This document shows positions 1 through 9,800 of a stretch of 44,247 nt of DNA, piece after piece (positions within the stretch are counted from its first letter, which is position 1; every line of letters starts with the position of its first letter). The position numbers and the translations under genes were made by a program. The stretch is from a virus, in the IMG/VR virus record IMGVR_UViG_3300045988_043739, positions 1-44,247 of that record; one strand, 5' to 3'. Below the pieces are notes generated by a model that saw nothing but the letters and a program-made list of their open reading frames with translations, was not told the origin of the DNA and did no database searches.

Positions 1-55
1 AAGCCTAACAACAGTACCGTCACTTCCGGCAACAACGTTGACGGATTACTGCTAT
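1..55. repeat. Terminal direct repeat (assembly overlap) identical to 44193-44247
   Basis: AAGCCTAACAACAGTACCGTCACTTCCGGCAACAACGTTGACGGATTACTGCTAT occurs at both ends. A related but non-identical copy lies 78 nt upstream of the 3' copy. Confidence 0.9.
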
Positions 56-259
56 AACTATATGTTCCGCGGCTGCACAAACATCAAATTGGCTATTTCC
101 AAAAGCCGCGAATACGATAAGGAATATCGCATCCCTAAATCAGGAAATGGTGTAACAGCAACGAGAGCATTGGACAATATGTTTATGCAAACTGGCGGTA
201 CGTTTACCGGAACACCGAGCATCAACACCACATATTACACAAGTAACACTATTGTATAA
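1..259 (+). CDS. C-terminal part of the wrap-around 26-residue-repeat (BspA/DUF285-like) tail-associated protein
   Basis: Codon phase from nt 2 is in frame with the ORF that runs off the 3' end (43735-44247). After removing the 55-nt overlap the two parts make one 238-aa protein. This part contains the last C-x3-MF-x2-C-x2-(L/I) repeat (CYNYMFRGCTNIKL). Stop TAA is at 257-259. Confidence 0.75.
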   Translation, partial: SLTTVPSLPATTLTDYCYNYMFRGCTNIKLAISKSREYDKEYRIPKSGNGVTATRALDNMFMQTGGTFTGTPSINTTYYTSNTIV

Positions 260-465
260 CTGAACAGGGTAATCGCCCGGAAATCTCATGGGGCAGGTGT
301 GCCCGCAGTTTACCATTGCGTGGGCGGCACTGTCCACGGTTGCGGTATGGGTTGAAGATCGTTTGCACGATATCTTCGACTAAATGCTCAGAATTGCGGT
401 AAAGTGCTCAAAATAAAAGAAAAATGTACACTTTGATAGGGCGAATGCCCGGAAAGGAACAAACT

Positions 466-672
466 ATGTACGAAGATAACATCTATGTAAAGAATTATAA
501 GGCTATCAAAAAGCTGCCCGGTGATATTGGCGTACAGCTCGACCAGTTCGACGCTGCCCGCCATCTCAAGCACGATGACCTCGCGCGTGCACAGTACAAG
601 CACTGGCGCAGTGTGCAGACCGGTGTGCCGGAGCTGCTGAGCCGCAATGACCGCGACCTGCTGGGTATTTAA
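466..672 (+). CDS. Hypothetical small protein
   Basis: ORF 424-672. ATG 466 is preferred because GGAAAGGAA lies 6 nt upstream. No recognisable motif. Confidence 0.5.
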   Translation: MYEDNIYVKNYKAIKKLPGDIGVQLDQFDAARHLKHDDLARAQYKHWRSVQTGVPELLSRNDRDLLGI

Positions 673-674
673 TC

Positions 675-1001
675 ATGCCGACGGAGGTTATCTGCACCAT
701 TATCACGGGTGTTGCCGGAATCATCTGCGCTGCTATGGCGGCGCAGTCCGGCAAGCGTGATAAGAGAGCAAGGAAAGAAGCGGAGCGGGTAAACCGGAGA
801 GCGGAACAACGAGCCAAAGAGGGACGCTTGCAGCTTGCAATGATTAACGCAAACTGTCAGCTTACCGTTGGCGTAGCAATGGCATTAAAGCGCGGTCACT
901 GCAACGGTGAGGTAGAGGCAGGACTTGCGGCTATTGAAAAAACAACCAAGGAGTACGAGCAGTTCTTAGAAGGAATTGCAATAGACCATATTGCGAGGTA
1001 A
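675..1001 (+). CDS. Membrane protein upstream of holin (possible lysis accessory)
   Basis: 108 aa. N-terminal hydrophobic helix (VICTIITGVAGIICAAMAA) followed by a K/R/E-rich helix. Its stop overlaps the holin RBS region. Confidence 0.55.
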   Translation: MPTEVICTIITGVAGIICAAMAAQSGKRDKRARKEAERVNRRAEQRAKEGRLQLAMINANCQLTVGVAMALKRGHCNGEVEAGLAAIEKTTKEYEQFLEGIAIDHIAR

Positions 1002-1005
1002 GAGT

Positions 1006-1275
1006 ATGAAGGTAAATATCCCTGTACGAATGAAGAACCCGTGGTTTTGGGTTGGTATTGTCAGCGTGGCAATCACGGCCATTGGTGTTGACCCGCAGAC
1101 GTTTACGAGCTGGGCGGCTGTGTGGGACGGTATTGTTTCGGTGCTGGAAAATCCGGTGCAGCTCTGCACGATGTGCCTTGCGGTGCTGAGTGTGTTTATC
1201 GACCCGACGACGGCGGGCATTACGGATTCCAAAACGGCGCTGACCTACACCGCACCGAAGAAGAAGGGTGAGTAA
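1006..1275 (+). CDS. Holin (phi LC3 / Phage_holin_1-like)
   Basis: GAGG lies 7 nt upstream of ATG 1006. KNPWFWVGIVSVAITAIGV ... LAVLSVFIDPTTAGITDS matches the two-TM plus DPTT-x-G-x-x-DS pattern of this holin family. The gene is immediately upstream of the endolysin. Confidence 0.75.
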   Translation: MKVNIPVRMKNPWFWVGIVSVAITAIGVDPQTFTSWAAVWDGIVSVLENPVQLCTMCLAVLSVFIDPTTAGITDSKTALTYTAPKKKGE

Positions 1276-1280
1276 AGTAA

Positions 1281-2015
1281 ATGAGTATTCCATTCAAACA
1301 GTGCAACGAACGAAACTACCGCAAGGGCAGAGAGTTTGCAATCAACTGGATTTGCCTGCACTTTACATCCGGCAACGGTGACACGGCACAGAATAACGCG
1401 GATTATTTCGCGCGTGAGGGCGGTTTGAACGCAAGCGCACATTATTTCGTGGATACGGAAAGAATCGTGCAGAGCGTAAAGGACGGCGACACGGCATGGC
1501 ATTGCGGCAGGGAGCGCGGCGGCAGCTACTACAACGACTGCCGGAACGCAAACAGCATCGGCATTGAAATGTGCAGTATCATCCGAAACGGTGTATACGT
1601 CATCCCCGAAGCGACGATGAAGAACGCCGCAAAGCTGACGCGGGAGTTGATGGCAAAGTACCATATTCCGGTATCGCGCGTGTGCCGTCACTATGATGTG
1701 ACGAGGAAAAATTGTCCCGAACCGTGGATTCGCAATCCTCAGTTGTGGGAGAAGTTCAAAACCATGCTGACAGAGAAAGAGGTTGAAGATATGACGGAAG
1801 CACAGACCCGCGCAATCGCAAAGCAGGAGATTGCAAACGCTGAAAAGGCAAAGAAGGTTTACGACACGGTAGACGCAGTGCCAGCTTGGGGCAAGGCAAC
1901 CGTGCAGAAGCTGGTGAACAAGGGCTTTTTGCAGGGCGACGATAAGGGCAAGCTGGCACTGACGACCGACTTGCTGCGCCTGCTGGTTATCAACGACAGA
2001 GCACAATTGTACTAA
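1281..2015 (+). CDS. Endolysin, N-acetylmuramoyl-L-alanine amidase (Amidase_2/PGRP type) with C-terminal wall-binding-like segment
   Basis: Motifs ICLHFTSG, SAHYFVD, DTAWHCG, NSIGIEMC and CRHYDVTRKNCPEPW. The C-terminal VPAWGKATVQKLVNKGFLQGDDKGKL is SLH-like (weak). Confidence 0.9.
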   Translation: MSIPFKQCNERNYRKGREFAINWICLHFTSGNGDTAQNNADYFAREGGLNASAHYFVDTERIVQSVKDGDTAWHCGRERGGSYYNDCRNANSIGIEMCSIIRNGVYVIPEATMKNAAKLTRELMAKYHIPVSRVCRHYDVTRKNCPEPWIRNPQLWEKFKTMLTEKEVEDMTEAQTRAIAKQEIANAEKAKKVYDTVDAVPAWGKATVQKLVNKGFLQGDDKGKLALTTDLLRLLVINDRAQLY

Positions 2016-2068
2016 GACAAAAAACAAGGGGAAAGATATGCGGTGACACCATAACGAGGGGATACCGC

Positions 2069-2269
2069 ATGAAATTAACGGAATTTACAAGGCCGGAGGT
2101 GGAATACTTCCGGCGTGAGTGCAATTTTACACCAGAAGAGCGCGCCGTGTTTGATCTGCGAACATCGGCGCGCTCTATTACTCAGATTTGCATGACGCTG
2201 CACATGAGCGAAAGCACGGTGCATCGTCGGTTGAACAGCATCAAATGCAAAATGCTGCGCGTGCTGTGA
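2069..2269 (+). CDS. Small sigma-70 region 4 / LuxR-type HTH regulator
   Basis: 66 aa. FTPEERAVFDLR ... SITQICMTLHMSESTVHRRLNSIKCKM is a region-4-type helix-turn-helix. Confidence 0.6.
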   Translation: MKLTEFTRPEVEYFRRECNFTPEERAVFDLRTSARSITQICMTLHMSESTVHRRLNSIKCKMLRVL

Positions 2270-2343
2270 CAGCAAGTTGACAGATTTGTGACAGGTTTTC
2301 ACGCCCGGCAGACCTTATACTGAAAGTATAAGGAAGTGATCGC

Positions 2344-2514
2344 ATGAGTTACGAACAGAGACTTGAACGCATGGGGTATGACCCTGAGTGCGCTCGTCGC
2401 ATTGTAGCAGTTTACCGCAACGCAGGCAACACAGATTGCTTGGAGGAGTATATATCCTACAAAGAGGCGGTAAGTAAATCCATCAGCGAACACGCAACGG
2501 AGGTGCTGGGATAA
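2344..2514 (+). CDS. Hypothetical 56-aa protein (below ORF-track cutoff)
   Basis: AAGGAAG RBS lies 7 nt upstream of ATG 2344. The stop overlaps the next start (TAATG at 2512-2516). Translation MSYEQRLERMGYDPECARRIVAVYRNAGNTDCLEEYISYKEAVSKSISEHATEVLG. Confidence 0.5.
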   Translation: MSYEQRLERMGYDPECARRIVAVYRNAGNTDCLEEYISYKEAVSKSISEHATEVLG

Positions 2515-2942
2515 TGGCATATCCTTATGGTTACACCGGCTACACGCCGCAGTATCAACAGCAGTACCCGCAACAGCCAATGCAGACACCAATGCAACAG
2601 CAGGTGCAATCTCCACAGCATATTGTTCGACCTGTGGCAAGCGTGGAGGAAGCGCGTGCGGTACAGACGGACTTTTCCGGTGCGCTTACTATCATGCCGG
2701 ACACGGCGCACGGCGCGATTTACACCAAACAGCTTAATTTGCAAACCGGCTGTGCCGACTTTGTGATGTATCGCAGAGCACAGGAGCCGGAAACGAATAA
2801 ACCTGCGGAAATAGATTTGTCAGATTATGTTCCGAGAACGGAATTCAACGAGCTTATCCGACGGTTTAACAAGTTATGTGAACAACTGGGAGGTGCAAAT
2901 GATGAACATGCAAATGCTCATGCAGGCCATGACGGCAAATAA
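2514..2942 (+). CDS. Hypothetical protein with Q/P/Y-rich N-terminus
   Basis: GGAGGTG lies 8 nt upstream. The N-terminal 35 aa are almost only Y/Q/P/M/T. No recognised domain. Confidence 0.7.
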   Translation: MAYPYGYTGYTPQYQQQYPQQPMQTPMQQQVQSPQHIVRPVASVEEARAVQTDFSGALTIMPDTAHGAIYTKQLNLQTGCADFVMYRRAQEPETNKPAEIDLSDYVPRTEFNELIRRFNKLCEQLGGANDEHANAHAGHDGK

Positions 2943-3141
2943 TCCGGCGGTACGGCAGGTTTTGAACATGAAATCGCAGGGCATGACACCACAGCAGGCT
3001 ATGCAGGCGATGGCAAAACAGAACCCGCAGATCGCACAAATCATGAACGGCAATCCACAGCAGATCGCAATGAATATGCTGCGTGAGGGCGGTATCGACC
3101 CGCAGGCGTTTATGCAGCAGGCGGGCAATCTGATGAAGTAA
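2899..3141 (+). CDS. Met/Gln-rich small protein (80 aa)
   Basis: ORF 2827-3141. GGAGG lies 5 nt upstream of ATG 2899. Sequence is MMNMQMLMQAMTANNPAVRQ...NPQIAQIMNGNPQQIAMNML, with repeated NPQ/M-rich helices. Confidence 0.6.
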   Translation: MMNMQMLMQAMTANNPAVRQVLNMKSQGMTPQQAMQAMAKQNPQIAQIMNGNPQQIAMNMLREGGIDPQAFMQQAGNLMK

Positions 3142-3250
3142 ATATCCCCTTTTCAGTTTGGACGGAATCTTGATACAAAATCCGACGTTCTTTTGTGATG
3201 TTCGGAAAGCGTACGGTTCCGTTCAAATAAATCTGAAAAGGAGAATAATC

Positions 3251-4042
3251 ATGGATAACGATTTTGCAACCGGCTATGCACTCGGCAGTGACGGCAACAA
3301 CAACGGCAATATGTGGGGCGGCGATGGCTGGTGGGCCATTATCCTGTTTGCTATGATCTTCGGCTGGGGCCGCGGCGGCTTTGGCGGCTGGGGTAACAAC
3401 AGCGACGGCGCAGGGTATCAGGGCGCGGTTACTCGCTCCGATCTGTGCAGTGAGTTCAACTTCAACGACCTGTCCCGTTCCGTTCTCGGCATTCAGAACG
3501 GCTTGTGTGACGGCTTTTACTCCATGAACAACGGCATGCTGACCGGCTTCAACACGCTTGGCAGCGCGGTTGCTAACGGCTTCCACGGCGTAGACAACGC
3601 AATTTGTCAGCTCGGCTACCAGAACGCACAGCTTATCAACGGCGTAAACCAGAACATGAACACTGGCTTTAACGGCGTAACTGCTGGCCTTACTGCTCTG
3701 GGCACGCAGATGGCTTCTTGCTGCTGCGATACGCAGCGTCAGGTAGAACGCGGTTTCTGCGACACCAATTACAATGCCGCTACCAATGCGCGTGATATCA
3801 TCCAGTCTACGCACAGCGATACCGACCGTATCATTGCACGGATTGACCAGATGGAAACTGCACGTCAGGCGGAGAAGATTGCGGCGCTCCAGACGGAGAA
3901 CCAGACTTTGAAGTTTGCCGCATCTCAGGAAGCACAGAACAATTATCTGGTAAACGCTCTGCGCCCGGCTCCCGTTCCGGCGTTCCCGGTTCCGGCACCT
4001 TACCAGTTTTCCGGCTGTGGCTGCAACACCTGCGGCTGCTGA
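3251..4042 (+). CDS. Membrane-anchored Gly/Asn-rich, Cys-motif protein with coiled coil
   Basis: ORF 3158-4042. AAAAGGAGA RBS precedes ATG 3251. One TM (WWAIILFAMIFGWG), a CCC motif, a coiled coil (IDQMETARQAEKIAALQTENQTLK) and a C-terminal GCGCNTCGC. Confidence 0.7.
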   Translation: MDNDFATGYALGSDGNNNGNMWGGDGWWAIILFAMIFGWGRGGFGGWGNNSDGAGYQGAVTRSDLCSEFNFNDLSRSVLGIQNGLCDGFYSMNNGMLTGFNTLGSAVANGFHGVDNAICQLGYQNAQLINGVNQNMNTGFNGVTAGLTALGTQMASCCCDTQRQVERGFCDTNYNAATNARDIIQSTHSDTDRIIARIDQMETARQAEKIAALQTENQTLKFAASQEAQNNYLVNALRPAPVPAFPVPAPYQFSGCGCNTCGC

Positions 4043-4098
4043 GATACGATATTCAGGAGGGGGAGCAATCCCCCTGCCTTTGATAGGAGGGAATAGTT

Positions 4099-4485
4099 AT
4101 GGCTTGCAAGCCTGTACAAAAACTGTGTCCGAACCTGCGTATCTCACAGGGCGTGACTTACGCAAGCGGCGTGCTGACGGTGAACATTCCGGCGGGAGAT
4201 TACCAGAACGGCTGCGTTTACGGAATCGTAATCGCGCAGAACATTCCGTCAACAACGATCATCGGCGCGCCGGTGGTAATCACCATCGGGGACGGAACGG
4301 TAACGTATCCGCTGCTGAAATGCAACGGCGCTCAGGCGACAGTGTTTAATCTGGATACCCGTCACAAGTACCTGTGCCGGGTGGTCACTTCGGCAAACGG
4401 CGGCAGTTTCCGTATGCTCGGTAATTCCTGCTGCTCTCACTCTAACGCGCTGCGGTCCATCAACGGGACTGCACCGACAACGTAA
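4099..4485 (+). CDS. Hypothetical Cys-containing beta-rich protein (128 aa)
   Basis: GGAGGG RBS. Starts MACKPVQKLCPN and ends NSCCSHSN... Composition suggests a small beta-sandwich with terminal cysteines. No firm family. Confidence 0.65.
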   Translation: MACKPVQKLCPNLRISQGVTYASGVLTVNIPAGDYQNGCVYGIVIAQNIPSTTIIGAPVVITIGDGTVTYPLLKCNGAQATVFNLDTRHKYLCRVVTSANGGSFRMLGNSCCSHSNALRSINGTAPTT

Positions 4486-4497
4486 GGGGGTGACGGC

Positions 4498-5232
4498 ATG
4501 AAAAGAGGTACTATGATGCTGCTGATGCAGCGAAACCGCAGAAGCGACTTTACACCGGAGGAATGGAGAAACCGCAAGGCATATCCGGAAAACCGTGAGC
4601 ATTACGGCGTGCGTTATGAAATGCCGCGTAACCGTTATATCGATCCTTACGGTTATGATGAGCCGCAGAGCTACTACGACGAACGGTTCCACGGCGGCAG
4701 AGAACCGGAGATGCGCGGTTATACGCGCTATTCCAACGGCAGATTTGCCCCGCACAGCAGCGCGGAATATCCCGAGTATGACGAGATGCCGACATACCAT
4801 GACGAGGGTATGCGCCCGATTGGGTTTCGTGATGAACCTATGCGTATGGGGGATACTTCGTATGTAGGGGATAAGACACGCGGCAGCGACAAACAGCTCG
4901 GCTATGCACGCGGCAGCGGCGCGAAGCTCAACCGCGAAATGGCGGAACGCTGGGTGCGCGGCATGAAGAACGCCGACGGCTCGACCGGCGCGCACTGGAC
5001 ACTGGATCAGACCACGGAATTGATGCAGCGGCGCGGAATAAACTGCAATCCGGTGAAATTCTGGGTTGCGATGAACGCGGTGTACAGCGACCTCAGCGAG
5101 GTTGCAGAGCGCCACGGCGTAGGCAATGATGAATTTTACGCGGATATGGCAAAGTCGTTTTGGCTGTGCGACAAGGATGCCGTGGAAGACAAACTGGCGG
5201 CATACTACGAAAACGTTGTAAAACACAACTAA
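4498..5232 (+). CDS. Hypothetical protein, R/E/Y/P-rich N-terminal half, helical C-terminal domain
   Basis: AAGGGGGTG RBS. C-terminal REMAERWVRGMKNADGSTGAHWTLDQT...FWVAMNAVYSDL looks like a conserved globular domain that I cannot name. Confidence 0.7.
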   Translation: MKRGTMMLLMQRNRRSDFTPEEWRNRKAYPENREHYGVRYEMPRNRYIDPYGYDEPQSYYDERFHGGREPEMRGYTRYSNGRFAPHSSAEYPEYDEMPTYHDEGMRPIGFRDEPMRMGDTSYVGDKTRGSDKQLGYARGSGAKLNREMAERWVRGMKNADGSTGAHWTLDQTTELMQRRGINCNPVKFWVAMNAVYSDLSEVAERHGVGNDEFYADMAKSFWLCDKDAVEDKLAAYYENVVKHN

Positions 5233-5287
5233 ACACAAAAAGCAGGTGGAAACACCTGCTTTTATTTTACGAAAAGGAGAGAAGTAT

Positions 5288-6796
5288 ATGGCGAAAAGTG
5301 CGTGGGGCGCAATCGGAAAGGCGCTTGGAACAGGCATTAAGAACACCATTGCGGCAAACACAAAGAAGAACAACACGAGCAGTTCTTCTTCGAGCTCGTC
5401 GAATCGCGGCAGCAGCAGTTCTTCCGGCGGTTATACGGCTTCCGGTTCGGGCGGCAGCTACAACATCAGCAGTGACAAAGGCAAGAACTTTGTAAGCGGT
5501 GCGGCGGCAGGCTCGACCATGACCGGCGGTGACGGCTCGGTCTGGAAGAAGAACAACGACGGCACCACCACAATCACCAAGGGCGGGCAGACGTGGACGT
5601 ATGGTTCTTCCGGCGGCGGTTCGTCTTACGGCGGTTCCTCCGGCGGCTCGTCTTACGGTAATTCTTCCGGCGGTTCGTCGAATGACTGGCTGAAACAGGC
5701 GCAGGCAAACTCCAATGCGTGGCACACGGCGGATGCTGCAACGAGAAAGCGCCTGCAGGAGGAAAACCAGCGCCTGTACACGGCACACGGCTACACCTAC
5801 AACGGCAAAACCGGCACATGGAGCGCTCCACTGAGTGCGGAACAGCAGCAGCGAAAGAACAGCCTGAACAACACGGATTGGTCTACGGTGATCGGCGGCC
5901 AGATTGCAAGCGGCGGACGGTGGCAGGACGTTGAAGATTCGCTGAACAACCGCAATGAGAAAATCCTTCTCAACGGCGGCAAACTCGACCAGTACAGCAA
6001 CGATGCGACAGCGCAGAACGCCAAGAACTACATTAACCAGATGAAACAGGTTGAGGAGCAGTATCAGGCCGAGCTTGACCGGCAGGAGCAAATCAAACAG
6101 CAGCAGCAGGCGTACTATGACCGGATGGCAGACCAGATCAACCAGCAGTATTCCGCGATGCTGCCGGGTTTAAACCAGAGCTACGACGAGGCGGCGCGGC
6201 AGGCGTACATCAACTACCGCACAGCGCAGAGAGACCTTCCCTCTCAGCTTGCGGCGGCGGGCATTTCGGGTCAGGGCGCTGCGGAAAGCTCACTGGTGGC
6301 ACAGAACGCCGCTTACAACTCGGCGTATAACCAGAACGAGCTTGCACGCGCAAATGCGATCCAGAGCGTGGAGAACAACCGTGCAAGCGCACTGGCGGGC
6401 AACTCGACGCAGGCGGCGCAGAGCATGGCAGACCTTGCAAACAGCCTGTATCAGCAGCGGCAGAGCATTCTTGCGCAGCAGGAGGCGGCAAAACAGAACG
6501 TTATCGGCAATCTGTACAACTACGGCAACGCAACCGGCAATTTCGGCGTAAACTCGACGCTCGACGCACAGCAGACGCTTGCGAACATTGCGTACAACAA
6601 GCGTGCACAGGATATGCAGCAGTCGCAGTATGACCAGTCGTTTAAGAACGATCAGCAGAATGCTATGCGTGATTACTACCTCAAACTCTGGGAGGGCATG
6701 GGCAATCGCGGTGCAACGGCACAGATTGCAGCAGTGCTCGGCATTCCTACCGGTGCAGTTTACGGTCAGGGTACCTACAACTCGAATTATTACTAA
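5288..6796 (+). CDS. Ser/Gly-rich then Gln-rich 502-aa protein (possible internal virion/ejection protein)
   Basis: ORF 5246-6796. AAAAGGAGAG RBS precedes ATG 5288. It has poly-S and GGSSYG repeats. It shares the NS-x-AWH...RL...N-x-R...TYNG-x-TG motif with the following giant protein. Confidence 0.75.
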   Translation: MAKSAWGAIGKALGTGIKNTIAANTKKNNTSSSSSSSSNRGSSSSSGGYTASGSGGSYNISSDKGKNFVSGAAAGSTMTGGDGSVWKKNNDGTTTITKGGQTWTYGSSGGGSSYGGSSGGSSYGNSSGGSSNDWLKQAQANSNAWHTADAATRKRLQEENQRLYTAHGYTYNGKTGTWSAPLSAEQQQRKNSLNNTDWSTVIGGQIASGGRWQDVEDSLNNRNEKILLNGGKLDQYSNDATAQNAKNYINQMKQVEEQYQAELDRQEQIKQQQQAYYDRMADQINQQYSAMLPGLNQSYDEAARQAYINYRTAQRDLPSQLAAAGISGQGAAESSLVAQNAAYNSAYNQNELARANAIQSVENNRASALAGNSTQAAQSMADLANSLYQQRQSILAQQEAAKQNVIGNLYNYGNATGNFGVNSTLDAQQTLANIAYNKRAQDMQQSQYDQSFKNDQQNAMRDYYLKLWEGMGNRGATAQIAAVLGIPTGAVYGQGTYNSNYY

Positions 6797-6804
6797 ACAA
6801 TACG

Positions 6805-6830
6805 GGGGCGGCTTAACCGCCCCTTCTTTT
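6805..6830 (+). terminator. Intrinsic terminator
   Basis: GGGGCGG-CTTAA-CCGCCCC followed by TTCTTTT, between the 502-aa gene and the RBS of the giant gene. Confidence 0.6.
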
Positions 6831-6843
6831 ATGGAGGCGTACA

Positions 6844-9800
6844 ATGGCATCGAACAAGAAGAACCGGTACAATCTGAGTAAGGGACGCAAGGAACAGCTT
6901 GCTCAGGCCCGCCAGAATGCGAAAGATGACTACAACCGCAGACAGAAGGAAAAGCAGAACAAGGCGCTGATTCAGCAGTTTAATGCGACGCACAAGAACG
7001 CACCGAAGCAGACGATCTCCGCTAAGGGCGGAAACCGAAATACACGGCATAGTACAGGAACGACCAGAAGCACGGTAAGCAAAACGCGGATGAATGGTTC
7101 GCTGGGAAACTCGTTCGGCGGCTCGAGAACCGGAGGTGCCAAGACCACCACAGACCGCCGCGCAAACGCAGCACACAAGGCGGATACGGAGAGACGGCAG
7201 AGCACGACGCTGAGACAGGGCAGTAGTTACCTTACCGGCGGCAGTACCAGAAAGGCAACGCCTTATGCTGCGGCACAGCAGGTGTACACGCCGCTGCGGT
7301 CAAACGATAGACGTGCACGGGCTGGCAGAGCGGCAGATGCAAACCGCACGATCAATGCACGAAATCAGATGGCAACGACGAAAACCGGCACCGGAAAGAC
7401 GTGGAATGAGAAGGAAGAACGGCAGAAAGCGATTGATACGCTGAATGCCAACTCCATGGCGTGGCACAACACGTCGGATGAAGTGGAAAAGACACGCCTG
7501 CACGCGGCTAACGACCGTATCCGCAAGAAGTTCGGTATGACGTACAATGGCGATACCGGCGCGACATATCTGCCAAAAGCCAGTGGCGGAAAGACCAATG
7601 TTTCCAAGCCGGTGGTTGAGACGGCGAGAAATGCAGCGTTTGGGCAGAACTATCAGACGCAGGAGCAGAGACAGTCACGGTATGACGAACTGAACAACGA
7701 GATTGACCGGATGCAGAAACAGTATCCGTATCTGATCTCTATGGACATGAAAAACCGCAATGCAGGAGAAAAGCTGGCTGCGGTGCCGTGGCTGATTTCT
7801 CATCCGAAACTGGCGGCTGCCGGTATCAACGGCGATGACCAGTACAGCAAGATGAGCACGACGAACAAAAAACAGGCGGACGCGATGTATCAGCTGTACA
7901 AGCGGCTGAACGATGAAGCGGATGCGATCAGCAAGCAGAGTGCGGGCAAGGCATGGGGCAGCGGTGTTGCAAATGCAGCACTCAATGCAGCGGGTGCGGT
8001 AGAAAACGGAGCACGCTATGCTACCTCTGCGGCTGAAAACGCACTGAGCGGCGCGCTGAAACTGGCGGGCAAGCAGGATGCGGGCCAGTTCTGGGAAGAT
8101 GTTGCAAAGAACACGGTAAACACCAGTTTTGCGGATTCTGCAATGCAGAAGGTGAACGACTGGGCACAGCCTGTCGGTTCGGCAAAGAAAGCGCAGGAGC
8201 TTGCCGGTTCCGGTGCGCGTATGCTGCCGGGCATGGCGCTGGGTGCGGCAACCGGTACGGCAAGCAAGGTTTCCTCTCTGTTGGATAAAGCACCTCTTGC
8301 GAATGCAAGTTTAGCGGCAATCTTTGGCGATTCTGCGGCGAGTGGTGCACGCGAAGCGCTGAACGACGGTGCAAGTCTTAATCAGGCGCTTGCTTACGGT
8401 GCGGGCAGCGGCTTAACCGAAGTCGGCACGGAGAAGATGTTCGGCGGTATTCCCGGACTGAACGAGGGCGTTGCAAAGCTGGGAAGCAAGAGCAGGATTC
8501 TCAACAAGGCGTTTGATGTTCTTGGTGAGGGTGTGGAGGAAGCAGCGAGCACGCTTATCGATCCCTATCTGAAACGCGCTACCTACGACAAGAACGCAAA
8601 GAACGCAACCGCGCAGGAACTTTGGGACAGCGCAAAGGGCGGCATGGCACTTGCGGGCATTATGCAGGGCGCGAACGCGGTATCGGAACGGCTGGCAAAC
8701 CGGAGATACGGCACTGCACCGGCTGAGACAACCACCTCTATTCATGACGCAAATGCGGATGTGCGGGCGGCAGAGCAGATGGACAATCGACTGCACCCGA
8801 ACACGTCGCAGGCACTCCCGACGGCACAGCGGCTTGCACTGCCGGAGGGCAACACACGCACGGCAAACACGCTGTATGCGAACGAGAACGGCGGTGTTGC
8901 GAACAATCTGCGTGCATTTAACAATGCGGATACACCGGACGTTCTGTACGGCAATATGCGCGGCGATTTCACGTCTGCACCGGACAGCGGCAGTGTATTG
9001 TATGCAAGCCAGAACGGACAGGTATCGCAGACCCTTCCGACCGGTTATCTGCCAGTGGGACGCAGCGGATTGACGAAGGTTGCGGCACAGGTGGATGAAA
9101 CGCAGACGATTCCACGGTTTGCGGTGGATGATGCGGGTAATCCGAACGGCGGTTTGAGCGATGCCGAAATGCAGTGGGCGAAGCTGCTTGCGGCTAATCA
9201 GGAGAAAACCGGTGTCAGCATTCAGCAGCTAACGCATGAAATTGTTGATTCTACGTTTGAGGAATACAATCAGGCATTGCAGTCGGCGGAGCAGTATGTA
9301 AGAGACTACACGCCGCAGGGTACGTCTGTTGTGTGGAACGCAGACGGAACCAGTTTTAGAGCAAGCAACAACGAAAAGTGGTACTCCGACTACTACAAGA
9401 AGAACGGCAAGGCACCGAGCAGAGCCGAGGCGGCTCAGGTGGCGGCACAGCTGGTAAAAGCAGATATTCAGCGCGGCGGCGGTCAGTTTATCAGCGCAGA
9501 ACTGGCACAGGACTTGCAGACCGCATTAGAGATTCAGGCGGCAGCAAATGCACTGGGCGAAAATGTTATCTCTGCACAGGTTGTAGACGGTAATCTGGTG
9601 GTGCAGCGCGGCAAACCTGCATACACGGCAAATATTCAGGACACCAACGCAAGGCTCGACCGGAATATTATCAGCCCGGTAATGCAGGGCGCGACGGCGG
9701 CTCCGATCAACCTGAGCCCGATGCAGAGAACCGGTCAGACGCAGAGCGCACCGACGCTTGCGGATGTGCAGCAGGCGCGGAACGACATTATGCCGAAGCT

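Noticed and set aside
288-383. 31-aa ORF in the gap after the repeat-protein gene, and a 36-aa acidic ORF at 24064-24174
   Set aside because: The first has no RBS. The second has a possible RBS (GGAAGGTG) but nothing else supports it. Both are too short to call from sequence alone.
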